Assembly: GCA_050015395.1 (NCBI GenBank)
Contig: JBEKBM010000001.1
Location: forward strand, 32,001 to 96,000
DNA length: 64,000 bases
Direction of reading: 5' to 3'
DNA from: Candidatus Bathyarchaeia archaeon
GTDB taxonomy: Archaea > Thermoproteota > Bathyarchaeia > Bathyarchaeales > Bathycorpusculaceae
The notes under the pieces were generated by a model. That model was not told the DNA's origin. It was given only the letters and a program-made list of their open reading frames with translations, and made no database searches. Positions 1-8,836 of this stretch are shown piece by piece. Numbering within the stretch: the stretch's first letter is position 1; each line of letters begins with the position of its first letter. A program made the position numbers and the translations under genes.

Positions 1-1
1 G

Positions 2-547
2 CAAGTTCGCAGAAGAGCTGAAGCTGACGCTAAAACATACGGGTACTATCTAACGCCTCAGCCTGAACTTCTACAGGGCTTCCTTGAAGGATTAAAAACA
101 AACGAAGACCGCTACGGTTACCCTTTATGCCCCTGCAGGCTTACCTCAGGCATATTCGAATATGACCGAGACATTATTTGTCCCTGTGACTATCGAGATC
201 CAGACGTCGCCCAGTACGGCTCATGCTATTGCAGACTCTATGTTAACAAACAAGTTTACGAAAGCAAAAACTTACCTGAGGTTCCCGAGCGAAGACCACT
301 CGAGAAACAAGCAAGAGCCTATGGAACGCAAGCAGCCGCCTCTAAACAAGCACCCGCGCAAGGAGGGCAAGAAAAACCGCCAGCCAAAGCGGAAAAAGCG
401 CAATCGGGAGTTAAAAAGAAGTTATGGTATTGCAAACAATGCGGATACGTAGTGTTTAGGGAAGACCCCCCATACATTTGCCCAATATGCAAGGCTAAAA
501 GAGAAATGTTTGCTGAAATTGAGAGCACTGTTGAATTTAATGGTTAA
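2..547 (+). CDS. Ferredoxin:disulfide reductase (FTR catalytic-subunit domain + C-terminal rubredoxin-like domain), 5'-truncated by window edge
   Basis: Manual translation of frame +2 (not in ORF track): CPCR...IICPC...GSCYC FTR motifs, Ala/Lys/Gln linker, then WYCKQCG...CPIC; stop TAA 545-547. Confidence 0.88.
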   Translation, partial: QVRRRAEADAKTYGYYLTPQPELLQGFLEGLKTNEDRYGYPLCPCRLTSGIFEYDRDIICPCDYRDPDVAQYGSCYCRLYVNKQVYESKNLPEVPERRPLEKQARAYGTQAAASKQAPAQGGQEKPPAKAEKAQSGVKKKLWYCKQCGYVVFREDPPYICPICKAKREMFAEIESTVEFNG

Positions 548-549
548 AT

Positions 550-762
550 TTATTGTTGGATTTCAACCTCGATTTTTTTCCAGTCCTCTTTTATTCCTCG
601 AAGGGAAGTTACGGCGCCTGTTATGGTTCCGCTTAAGATTTTCTCAACAAATTCGTTTAGTAGTATTTCTTTTCCATCAACTTTTAGTTTCAAGCTCAAA
701 CTTGGGTCACCTAGAATATTGGTTAGTGTGATACGAGGGGTAAAAAGTTTTGTGCAGACCAC
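550..762 (-). CDS. Small hypothetical protein (LKVDGKEILLNEFVEKIL, resembles MobB C-terminal extension); true start probably internal TTG (MSLKLKV)
   Basis: ORF track; resemblance from memory only. Confidence 0.5.
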   Translation of the reverse strand: MVCTKLFTPRITLTNILGDPSLSLKLKVDGKEILLNEFVEKILSGTITGAVTSLRGIKEDWKKIEVEIQQ

Positions 763-797
763 AGAGGCTTAGAAGTTGAAAAAATCATGGAGCCTGT

Positions 798-1370
798 TTA
801 CATTCTTGGTGTGCCGGGTTTTACTGTTACTCTGAGCTTAGTTAAGTTCTCTTTTATCTCTGCCTTAACACCCATGGCCGCAAAGTATTCTTCAAGGAAT
901 ATTCTGATGAAATCTTTTGAAGTCTCCGAGACTAAAACCAATGTGTAGTCGTTCGGAGCGTTTTTTGTTAAACGGTAAAAGTTGCAGATCTCAAGCCTGA
1001 CCAGCATTTCTTCTGCTGAACGCACCTTTGTTTTCAGCTGTTCCCAATGGGCTCGAGCTACTTCTTTATGCTCACTCCAAAACTTTTCCTGCTCAGGAGA
1101 TGAAGCGATTAACCGCAAGAACATAAGCCAGTGGTCAACATCTAAGATGATGTGTTCTCCGCTAAGAAGCATATCCATGTAGGCGAGAATTTTTTTCTTG
1201 GTTGCCGGGTCTTCGAGAGCCTTGTTTTCGTTGTAGAATTTTAGGGCACGGCGCATGACTTCGCTTTGTGATACTTGTGCTTCGGTGCTTATTTTTTCTA
1301 GTAAGTCAGCTGTTGTTTTGTCAAATGCAACGGTTATTCTTGTTGGGTTAACCATAACTGCCCACTTCAC
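798..1370 (-). CDS. CopG/RHH-family transcriptional regulator with C-terminal domain
   Basis: N-terminal RITVAFD...SQSEVMRRAL ribbon-helix-helix pattern. Confidence 0.75.
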   Translation of the reverse strand: MKWAVMVNPTRITVAFDKTTADLLEKISTEAQVSQSEVMRRALKFYNENKALEDPATKKKILAYMDMLLSGEHIILDVDHWLMFLRLIASSPEQEKFWSEHKEVARAHWEQLKTKVRSAEEMLVRLEICNFYRLTKNAPNDYTLVLVSETSKDFIRIFLEEYFAAMGVKAEIKENLTKLRVTVKPGTPRM

Positions 1371-1565
1371 TAAATTAACATATTTTCAGATTATTGGAAA
1401 TTATATAAACATTACGCAATAACAATCAGATAAATGTTTGCAAATTTGAAGCCTACAACTATATTATTAAACAAATGTTAAAACGATTATCCATCGAAGC
1501 AAACTTTTATTTCCCCACCAGTCCACTACATTAACGGTCATGCATACTTCTAAGGAGAACGCTAA

Positions 1566-2225
1566 ATGAAAAGACCAGAAATATACCTTGAACCCAAACA
1601 GAGAGTAGCAAAAATAATCGAACTGCTTGAAAAACAGTACCCTAACGCAAAAACAGCCCTAAACTACTCCAACCCATTGGAAATACTCGTAGCAACCATG
1701 CTCTCGGCTCAAACAACTGACGAAAGAGTAAACATAGTAACCCAAAAACTGTTCAAAAAATACCGCACACCTGAAGACTATGCTAATGTTGACATAAAAG
1801 AGTTAGAACAAGATATTCGTTCAACAGGCTTCTACCATAACAAAGCCAGAAACCTAAAAAAGTGCTGCCGACTCCTAATCGAAAAATACAATTCCCAAGC
1901 ACCTAAGACAATGGAGGAAATGCTGGAACTGCCTGGAGTGGCAAGAAAAACCGCTAACATAGTGTTATACAATGCTTACGGCATAATCTCCGGCATAGCA
2001 GTGGACACCCATGTCCGCAGAGTTTCACAGCGGCTTGGGCTTACAGAGCACGATGAACCTGCTAAAATAGAACAGGACCTAATGCAAATTACTCCAAAAG
2101 ACAAGTGGATGAAACTTACTGACCTGCTGATTTTCCACGGCAGACAAGTATGCATTGCAAGAAAACCCAAATGCGAAATATGCGTTCTCAACAAGATTTG
2201 CCCATGTGCTTTTACTTTTGGCTAA
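1566..2225 (+). CDS. nth: Endonuclease III
   Basis: LSAQTTD, HhH LPGVARKTAN, VDTHV, C-terminal CxxxxxxCxxCxxxxxC Fe-S motif. Confidence 0.96.
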   Translation: MKRPEIYLEPKQRVAKIIELLEKQYPNAKTALNYSNPLEILVATMLSAQTTDERVNIVTQKLFKKYRTPEDYANVDIKELEQDIRSTGFYHNKARNLKKCCRLLIEKYNSQAPKTMEEMLELPGVARKTANIVLYNAYGIISGIAVDTHVRRVSQRLGLTEHDEPAKIEQDLMQITPKDKWMKLTDLLIFHGRQVCIARKPKCEICVLNKICPCAFTFG

Positions 2226-2273
2226 AAAGCGTCATCCATTTATACCCGCTTATCTTTTTTCTAGAATTAAGGA

Positions 2274-2762
2274 TTGATCTTTATGGTAAGCAAAATTAAT
2301 GTCGGAGACAAGGCACCCGATTTCACTTTGCCAGATGTTGACTTGAAACCCAGAAGCTTAAAGGAGTTTTTGGGGCAAAAAATCGTTTTAGCCTTTTTCG
2401 TTAGCGCTTTCACTTCAACATGCACAAAGGAAATGTGTGAGTTCCGTGATTCCATGGCTCGACTTATCGATTTGAATGCTCAAGTTATCGGATTAAGCGT
2501 AAACGACCCCTTCTCAAACAAAGGTTTCACAGAAAAAAACAGGCTGCCCTTTCCAATACTAAGTGACTACAAGCGTGAAGTTATCAGAACCTATGGATTG
2601 GAGTTACCAAATTTTGCTGGGCTCAACGGTTACACGGTCGCTAACCGCTCAATTTTCGTCATCGACTCGAAAGGTATAGTACGGTATGTTTGGGTTTCAG
2701 ACAATCCAGCAGTTGAACCAAACTATCAGGAAATACAGAACGTTCTTGAACAAATCAAATAG
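2274..2762 (+). CDS. Peroxiredoxin (AhpC/TSA family)
   Basis: [28 protein letters not shown]. Confidence 0.9.
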   Translation: MIFMVSKINVGDKAPDFTLPDVDLKPRSLKEFLGQKIVLAFFVSAFTSTCTKEMCEFRDSMARLIDLNAQVIGLSVNDPFSNKGFTEKNRLPFPILSDYKREVIRTYGLELPNFAGLNGYTVANRSIFVIDSKGIVRYVWVSDNPAVEPNYQEIQNVLEQIK

Positions 2763-2813
2763 ACCCAGGGCTTCTTCTTCATTAGCGCCGTATAGAAGAA
2801 CCGATATAGCCTG

Positions 2814-3239
2814 CTAAGCTAAGCGGTGATGCTCAACCATTAAGCACTTATCCATAACCACGATCAAACCAGCACGCCTAGCTGCCTCAGCAGCCTTTTC
2901 ATTGACTATTCCAAGCTGCATCCAAACCACAAAAGGCTTACCATAAATCTGTTTTAGCTTGATGGCTTGCTCTACTATCGGCGGCACATCTTTCGCTGGC
3001 CGGAAAATGTCAACTATTTCTATGGTTTTCTGGATTTCGGGCGGAATATCAAGCAGGCTCTTGTAGCTTTTTTCGCCAAGAACCTCGTCCGCGAATGGGT
3101 TTACTGGTATGATAAGGTAGCCATGTTGTTTTAGGTAAGCGCTAACTCTATGGCTGTCTTTCTCCGGCTCTTTGGATAACCCGACAACCGCAATAACTTT
3201 GTATTTTTTTAAGATTTCTTTAATTTGATTTTGACCCAA
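2814..3239 (-). CDS. CoA-binding protein (YccU-like)
   Basis: IAVVGLS, PVNP, VDIFR, WMQLGI, VVMDKC motifs. Confidence 0.92.
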   Translation of the reverse strand: MGQNQIKEILKKYKVIAVVGLSKEPEKDSHRVSAYLKQHGYLIIPVNPFADEVLGEKSYKSLLDIPPEIQKTIEIVDIFRPAKDVPPIVEQAIKLKQIYGKPFVVWMQLGIVNEKAAEAARRAGLIVVMDKCLMVEHHRLA

Positions 3240-3273
3240 CCGAAACCTCCCATCGTCGTCTAAAAAAATGCGT

Positions 3274-4212
3274 TTATGGCGCTTCGCTTAGTTTTAACTC
3301 AAAAAAGTGTTCCCTACCATTGCGCAATGCAAGGATTCTAACTACGTCACCGATCTTTCTCCTCTGAATCTCGTTGACCAAGTCCTCGATTTTATTGGTT
3401 TCTACGTTGCTTATTTCTAGAATGATATCTCCTTCAGCCATTCCAGCGGCTTCTGCTGGGCTGCCGTCAGCAATTCTGGTTACTAATACTCCGCGGTTCA
3501 CTGGTAAACCATAGTAGCGCGCGATTTCCCGTGTTAAAGTTAATCCTACTATGCCGAGCCATGGTCTTTTGGCTCCTCCTTCAGTGACAATTTCATTGGT
3601 GCAGCTTTTCGCCGAGTTTATGGGAATTGCAAAGCCTATGCCTTGCGCAAACGGTATAATGGCAGCGTTTATTGCTATAACTTTGCCTGTCACGTCTACA
3701 AGTGGGCCGCCACTGTTTCCTGGATTAATAGAGGCATCGGTTTGAACAAGGTTCTCTATCAAGCCTCTGTCAGAGTCTATTGTCCTATTAATAGCGCTGA
3801 TTACTCCGGATGTTACGCTTGGTCCACCTGCTAAGCCGAAGGGGTTACCAATAGCATAGACCCTTTGTCCCACCCGTATCTTATCTGAGTCGCCAAGTTG
3901 GGCTGCTTGAAGATTTCTTTTATTGCCATTAATTTTAACCACGGCTATGTCGTGAATGGCGCATGACCCAACAATTGTGCCTTCAAGTACTTCGTTGTTG
4001 CCTAGAGTGACGTTGATTTTTTGTGCGCCACCGACCACGTGGTTATTTGTTAAAATTAACCCTTTTGGATCGATTATGGTGCCTGAACCTATGCCGCTAA
4101 CTGGCACCGCTTGGTAGAAGATGTTGTGGACAAGTTTTATGGCGCTTATGTTAACTACGCTTTTGGTCACTTTTTCAATAGTATCTAAAACAGCGTTCTC
4201 ATCGTAAGACAT
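3274..4212 (-). CDS. htrA: HtrA/DegP-type serine protease with PDZ domain (no signal peptide)
   Basis: LTNNHVV, DIAVVKI, QTDASINPGNSGGPL, PDZ (WLGI...GSPAEAAGM..GDII). Confidence 0.92.
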   Translation of the reverse strand: MSYDENAVLDTIEKVTKSVVNISAIKLVHNIFYQAVPVSGIGSGTIIDPKGLILTNNHVVGGAQKINVTLGNNEVLEGTIVGSCAIHDIAVVKINGNKRNLQAAQLGDSDKIRVGQRVYAIGNPFGLAGGPSVTSGVISAINRTIDSDRGLIENLVQTDASINPGNSGGPLVDVTGKVIAINAAIIPFAQGIGFAIPINSAKSCTNEIVTEGGAKRPWLGIVGLTLTREIARYYGLPVNRGVLVTRIADGSPAEAAGMAEGDIILEISNVETNKIEDLVNEIQRRKIGDVVRILALRNGREHFFELKLSEAP

Positions 4213-4271
4213 TGATTTTCCTCAAAAAAACAGTAAAACTTCGTTTTTAATAAATCTTAATTGCTCTTAAT

Positions 4272-4658
4272 TTAGCGGCAGAAGAGACAGTTTTCCGCCC
4301 AGTGTGGAGGCATTTCTTTTTGGCAATATGGGCACATTAAGCCTTTTTCTCTGATGGCTGTGCATGTTTGGCAGAATAGATTGAGTATTTCTGCTTTGTT
4401 GTTTGGCTCTTTTATGAGGAAAGTTACCATTTGATCTATAAGTGCTAAAACTTCAGTCGAGTTTTCTATCGGGAGTAGGTTTCCTCTTTCTCTCCCAACA
4501 TATCTGCTTACTGCAGACTGTGATAGTCCAAGGAGTTCTGCGGTTTGTTTTTCGTTCAATCCATGTTTTTCAACGATTGACCTTGCCATGATAGCTTTTA
4601 CTGCAGGCAAAACGGTTTTTACCCCCACTTCGCACGGTAGTATCAAGTTTAACACCAA
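4272..4658 (-). CDS. HTH transcriptional regulator (COG2522-like) with Cys-rich C-terminus
   Basis: LPCEVGVKTVLPAVKA...TAELLGLSQSAVSRY; FCQTC, CPYC, CLFC. Confidence 0.8.
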   Translation of the reverse strand: MVLNLILPCEVGVKTVLPAVKAIMARSIVEKHGLNEKQTAELLGLSQSAVSRYVGRERGNLLPIENSTEVLALIDQMVTFLIKEPNNKAEILNLFCQTCTAIREKGLMCPYCQKEMPPHWAENCLFCR

Positions 4659-4699
4659 TTAATCTTATTTCTGGGGAAAAGTTATTTAAATATGCCGCC

Positions 4700-4727
4700 T
4701 GTCATAGTTTATGACACGTGTCATGAC
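4700..4727. promoter_or_regulatory. Nested palindromic operator (TGTCATA-gtt-TATGACA; ATGACACGTGTCAT; GTCATGAC) between divergent regulators
   Basis: Perfect 14-bp palindrome 4711-4724 and overlapping dyads next to TTTAAATA (4685-4692). Confidence 0.65.
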
Positions 4728-4815
4728 GGGCTACCAATCGCAAAAAAAGCAGTTTTACACCCAATCTCTCACTCCTTCCCCGTCAAGACACACGCCAAGA
4801 CAGGAGAAAAAACAA

Positions 4816-5763
4816 ATGGGCAATGTCTTATCGCCAACCAGAAAAAGTGAAAATAACCGCGACCTAGTTGGAATGCTTAAGTCACTTGACGCAGAATGCA
4901 GAAACTGCGCTCCAATAACACCCTTAGAATGCATAAACCGATGCCAAGTATACAAACTAAAAAACGAGCTGAGAAAACTCTGGGAAACCATGGATAACCC
5001 GAACTACATAAAAGAGCTCTTCAACGTTCTAAAAAACGAGACAAGACTCCATATTCTACAAACAATCGTAAACGGTAGATACTCAGTAAGCCAATTACAG
5101 CAAGAACTCAAAAAAACAGGACACAGCCACAGCCAAGACACCATAAACGAAGAATATTTGCAGCCTTTAATGGCAGTAGGTCTAGCCACCGAAGCACGAG
5201 ATGAATACTACGCAACCATGTTCGGTGGTCGCCTAACCGAGCTACTAGGATGCTTCCCAGAATTTGCCGAAACGCTTCCAGCTCACTCAGAATGCTATGA
5301 AGAAATTCTTTTACAATCTTTACTATCAGGACCAAAAACGTTTGAAGATATTCAAGCCCTTATCTCGCCAAAAATCGCTTCGCGAATACTAAAACGTTTA
5401 CGCTCCGCAGGTTTGATAGAAACCCCCATTGAAAGGGATTACATATTTTTCTTCAAATCAAAACGAGACCCAAACAGAGAAACCTTCACAATTTCCGAAC
5501 GAAAAGTTTACGGTATGATCCCTAATGAAGGAATTTCAGCTGGAAGGCTTGCCAAAGAAACAGAGCTTTCCATGAGAAGAACCTACAAGTATCTAAGAGG
5601 CTTGAAAGGCAAAAAACTAGTTTTTATAAGGAAAACTCCGAAAGCTTATGGTTTGACCTGCAAAGGTGAAATGTTAGCGTCAGTACTAAAGGAGCTTCAG
5701 CAAATAGTCGAAGACACATGGAGCTCTTCTGAACAAGTCATGCATAACAACGCTAACTCTTAG
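4816..5763 (+). CDS. Multi-winged-helix protein with N-terminal Cys cluster (CRNC-x7-CINRC)
   Basis: ORF 4711-5763; ATG at 4816 preferred because the upstream ATG lies inside the operator; several wHTH-like segments. Confidence 0.7.
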   Translation: MGNVLSPTRKSENNRDLVGMLKSLDAECRNCAPITPLECINRCQVYKLKNELRKLWETMDNPNYIKELFNVLKNETRLHILQTIVNGRYSVSQLQQELKKTGHSHSQDTINEEYLQPLMAVGLATEARDEYYATMFGGRLTELLGCFPEFAETLPAHSECYEEILLQSLLSGPKTFEDIQALISPKIASRILKRLRSAGLIETPIERDYIFFFKSKRDPNRETFTISERKVYGMIPNEGISAGRLAKETELSMRRTYKYLRGLKGKKLVFIRKTPKAYGLTCKGEMLASVLKELQQIVEDTWSSSEQVMHNNANS

Positions 5764-5793
5764 CAAACAATCCTTCATGGCTTTCTTTTTTGG

Positions 5794-6279
5794 TTATCCT
5801 CCGCCAGGAGCTCCGTGAAACGGCGCGTTTTCCCACAGCAGTTTCCACCAATCTTCCTCTGTTATGGTTTCTCCGTGAACAATTATCTCTAAAACCATCT
5901 TTAGCATAGCGTGGTGTCTACATTCATCAGCTAATATGGAGTTTAAGAGAAACACAACCTTCTTGTTTTCAACATTAGGTATCATGGCTTCAAGGCGCTT
6001 AATTAGCTTAGATTCTATCTCAATGTGTTTTTCTACGAGTGCTCTTTGCTGATCAAGATGCTCCTGCGTTAATGCTGTAGGAGTACCAGTCAGTAGGGTA
6101 ACGGCTGCCGAGTAAAGTTCAGCGTGCTTCACAGAATCCAGCGAGACACCCTTCAGGACGCCTTTAACAGCCGGGTTCTTCATGCCAACTAGCGCTTTTT
6201 CAAGGGAAGCAACTATTTCGTTTTCAATCACTATTTGATTTTTCAAAAATTCAATAAGATTATTCTTTGGTTTTTCCAT
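5794..6279 (-). CDS. Ferritin-like / rubrerythrin-family diiron protein
   Basis: E...DSVKH and E...DECRHH four-helix diiron pattern. Confidence 0.8.
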   Translation of the reverse strand: MEKPKNNLIEFLKNQIVIENEIVASLEKALVGMKNPAVKGVLKGVSLDSVKHAELYSAAVTLLTGTPTALTQEHLDQQRALVEKHIEIESKLIKRLEAMIPNVENKKVVFLLNSILADECRHHAMLKMVLEIIVHGETITEEDWWKLLWENAPFHGAPGGG

Positions 6280-6300
6280 TCTTTTCTCCCTCTACTTATG

Positions 6301-6744
6301 TTAAGTCCTGTTCATCAAGTTTTCGGAAATTCTTTTTCCTAAATCCTTACAGGCGCTAAGCATTTTTTCGTCAGGAATATACTTCACTAGTAAAGGCGGT
6401 TCAACAACTTGCATCTCAAACTTATTTTTCATAATTTCCAAAATAAGTCTAGGTGCTTCACCGCTCCAACCATATGAACCGAATGTGGCGCCGACTTTAC
6501 CCTTCAAACTTATGCCCTTCACCGCAACTTCCTCGAAAAGCTTTTTGAAATCAATAGGCATCTCATGATGATAAGTAGGTGCCCCAACAACTAAAGCATC
6601 AAAGCTACTTAGTTCTTCAGGTTCAATGTGAAAATTTAATTCTACCCTAATCTTATCGTTGATTTGTGCTCCCTCAGCTACTGCTCTCGCCATTTTTTCA
6701 GTATTTCCTGTCCTGCTATAATATAAAACAAGAATTTCCTTCAT
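6301..6744 (-). CDS. Flavodoxin-domain protein
   Basis: YYSRTGNTEKMA, GAPTY, FGSYGWSGEA. Confidence 0.92.
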   Translation of the reverse strand: MKEILVLYYSRTGNTEKMARAVAEGAQINDKIRVELNFHIEPEELSSFDALVVGAPTYHHEMPIDFKKLFEEVAVKGISLKGKVGATFGSYGWSGEAPRLILEIMKNKFEMQVVEPPLLVKYIPDEKMLSACKDLGKRISENLMNRT

Positions 6745-6828
6745 AAAACCAAATAAAAAATAACCTTATTTCAATATTTGCCTTTCGGTCATTAAAACAA
6801 GAAAATAAAACTATAAGAAAAAAGAGCT

Positions 6829-7038
6829 TTATTCACGCCTTTTTCCTCTGCTCTCTCCGCCTTTCCTTCCTATTTCCCTGTAGAATTCGGAACCGCGCTC
6901 CTCAGCTACTTTTTCTCCACCTTTCCTACCGATCTCTCTGTAAAATTGCGGACCCCTTTCTCGAGCCACTTTTTCGCCGCCTTTTCTTCCAGCTTCTTCA
7001 CGTGTCATCTTCCTTTTTTCTTCGCTTTTAACTACCAA
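6829..7038 (-). CDS. KGG-repeat / Em-GsiB-like general stress hydrophilin
   Basis: EAGRKGG / FYREIGRKGG repeats; GGAGGTGA SD upstream of TTG. Confidence 0.9.
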   Translation of the reverse strand: MVVKSEEKRKMTREEAGRKGGEKVARERGPQFYREIGRKGGEKVAEERGSEFYREIGRKGGESRGKRRE

Positions 7039-7110
7039 AATTATTCACCTCCCTTTATTTCCTCGAAAAAGGCTGTCTTGTTATCTACTCAAGGACAGCC
7101 TTTAAGCGTG

Positions 7111-7134
7111 TGTGGTTATCAAAAAACAATCACA
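7111..7134. promoter_or_regulatory. Conserved dyad TGTGGTTAT-N6-ACAATCACA just upstream of TATA of KGG gene
   Basis: Same motif at 8409-8432 and 9222-9245. Confidence 0.65.
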
Positions 7135-7236
7135 AACCTACCCGGGCGAGCGTAGGTAACCACAGTAATCTCTATTTTTCAAAATAGGAAACTAACGCCA
7201 AGAAATTAAATTAAAGAAAACGGAATGTTTAGTTAG

Positions 7237-7521
7237 TTATTCTATTTTTCCTATTTCTTTTGTTATATCTATTGGCGATTTATAGGTTTTATCCGGCAAC
7301 TTGTTTAATAAATCCATTACATCGTCTGGGGCATCCTTATCTTGTGCTTTGTCGACCAAGTTCTTTTTTTCTGCTGGGTAATGCATGCCAGCAAGATATT
7401 TTTCCACTATAGCTGGGCTAACGTGACCAGATTTTCCGCTTCTATTTGTATATTGTCGTCGTGCCCCTCTACCTTGACCTATGCCTACGCGCCTACTTGT
7501 TTGAGCTTCTTCTCTACTCGT
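7237..7521 (-). CDS. DUF2795-family protein, apparently with ACG start (or start-codon-lost pseudogene)
   Basis: Manual translation: (T)SREEAQ...VSPAIVEKYLAGMHYPAEKKNLVDKAQDKDAPDDVMDLLNKLPDKTYKSPIDITKEIGKIE*; GGAGGTGA SD 6 nt before ACG. Confidence 0.75.
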   Translation of the reverse strand, partial: TSREEAQTSRRVGIGQGRGARRQYTNRSGKSGHVSPAIVEKYLAGMHYPAEKKNLVDKAQDKDAPDDVMDLLNKLPDKTYKSPIDITKEIGKIE

Positions 7522-7583
7522 TGTCCTTCACCTCCATACTCTTAAACGAGTTAACTGGAAAAAATAAAAAACATGCTTACCGT

Positions 7584-7781
7584 TTATTCTTCTTCGTGCT
7601 CTTTTCCTTCCTCAATAAGTTTTCGAACTTTTTGTCCACCTTTGCTACCTATCTCACTGTAAAATTCAGATCCATGAGTCTCCAACGTCTTCAGTCCACC
7701 CATCCGACCAGCCTCCTCAACAGTCATCTTTCCCTTCTTTTTCGCTTCACTCAAACACATCACCTCCAAAATATAAGCCAA
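7584..7781 (-). CDS. KGG/Em-GsiB-like stress protein (probable start TTG, MSEAKKKGK)
   Basis: MTVEEAGRMGG...EFYSEIGSKGG. Confidence 0.88.
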   Translation of the reverse strand: MAYILEVMCLSEAKKKGKMTVEEAGRMGGLKTLETHGSEFYSEIGSKGGQKVRKLIEEGKEHEEE

Positions 7782-7819
7782 CTAAAAATTTAGAAAAATT
7801 CTTCAAAATTAACCTGTAG

Positions 7820-7994
7820 TTACTCCATCTCTTGCCCTATTCCTTCCTAATTAAGCTCGCGACAACCCTATACCTGCTGTACTGCCATACATATTCATAG
7901 AAACCTCGCCTATGTGCCCCTCAGATCTTTCGCCGCTTTTCTGCTTGCCTTTCCTTCCAGCTTCTTCAACACTCACTGGGTTTCTTTCCGTCAA
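7820..7994 (-). pseudogene. Degenerate, frameshifted KGG-family copy
   Basis: MTERNPVSVEEAGRKG then shifted-frame RGFYEY...RVVASLIRKE matching the C-terminus of paralogs. Confidence 0.6.
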
Positions 7995-8063
7995 TGCATT
8001 TCACGTTCCTAAGGAAAACAAGATACGTTTGGAATGCAAAATGCTTAAAATTCAGTAAAATTT

Positions 8064-8330
8064 CTATTCCTCTTCATATTCTTTTCCGGCTTGAATAAGC
8101 CTGCGAACTTTTTGCCCGCCTCTATGGCCTGCTTCTTCAAGGCTTGTTTTCCCTCTTGCTTCCATTGTACCTTCGTGCTGCTTTGCTCGCTTAGAACCAC
8201 CTTTGCTACCTATCTCACTGTAAAATTCAGGTCCATGAGTCTCAGACGTCTTTTCTCCGCCCATCCGACCAGCCTCCTCAACAGTCATCTTTCCCTTCTT
8301 TTTCGCTTCACTCAAACACATCACCTCCAA
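8064..8330 (-). CDS. KGG/Em-GsiB-like stress protein
   Basis: EEAGRMGG, EFYSEIGSKGG, EEAGHRGG. Confidence 0.88.
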   Translation of the reverse strand: MEVMCLSEAKKKGKMTVEEAGRMGGEKTSETHGPEFYSEIGSKGGSKRAKQHEGTMEARGKTSLEEAGHRGGQKVRRLIQAGKEYEEE

Positions 8331-8408
8331 AACATAACAACTGCTTTTTTTCTCAACTTCTTAATCGCTTTCTCAATTTTCTAGCCTGAAACAAAACTTT
8401 TAAACATA

Positions 8409-8432
8409 TGTGGCTGTCTTAGCACAGTAACA
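8409..8432. promoter_or_regulatory. Conserved dyad TGTGGCTGT-N6-ACAGTAACA upstream of TATA
   Basis: Second copy of the KGG-promoter motif. Confidence 0.65.
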
Positions 8433-8556
8433 ACGGAAAGGAGCTTTTTTTATGTCAAAAATAGAATTTAGACTATAAATTAGGTCCAAAACTAGAAACG
8501 ATAGAAAGTCTTGGATCAGTTATTCAGATTAAAACTAAGGATAAGCGCAGTTTTTT

Positions 8557-8751
8557 CTATTCTTCTTCGTGCTCTTTTCCTGCTTGAATAAGCTTACGGA
8601 CTCTTTGCCCACCTTTCGGTCCGCCTATCTTTCCACCCTTGCGACCTATTTCACTATAGAATTCTTCTCCATGGGTTTCAGATGTTTTTAGTCCGCCTTT
8701 CCTTCCAGCTTCTTCAACCGTCATTTTACCTTTTTTCTCCTCTCTCGACAA
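8557..8751 (-). CDS. KGG/Em-GsiB-like stress protein
   Basis: MSREEKKGKMTVEEAGRKGG...FYSEIGRKGG; GGAGGTGA SD. Confidence 0.9.
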   Translation of the reverse strand: MSREEKKGKMTVEEAGRKGGLKTSETHGEEFYSEIGRKGGKIGGPKGGQRVRKLIQAGKEHEEE

Positions 8752-8836
8752 TACCCTTCACCTCCATTAAAAACAAACAAAGTGTTTGATATCTAAAGAA
8801 CTGGAAATTAACAAGTAGTTACAAAAATAAGCTTTT

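Noticed and set aside
162-452. 96-aa ORF in the track
   Set aside because: Alternative frame of the FTR-rubredoxin gene, which has clear motifs
4711-4815. N-terminal extension of the wHTH ORF
   Set aside because: The ATG lies within the palindromic operator and the extension is low-complexity; the downstream ATG is more plausible
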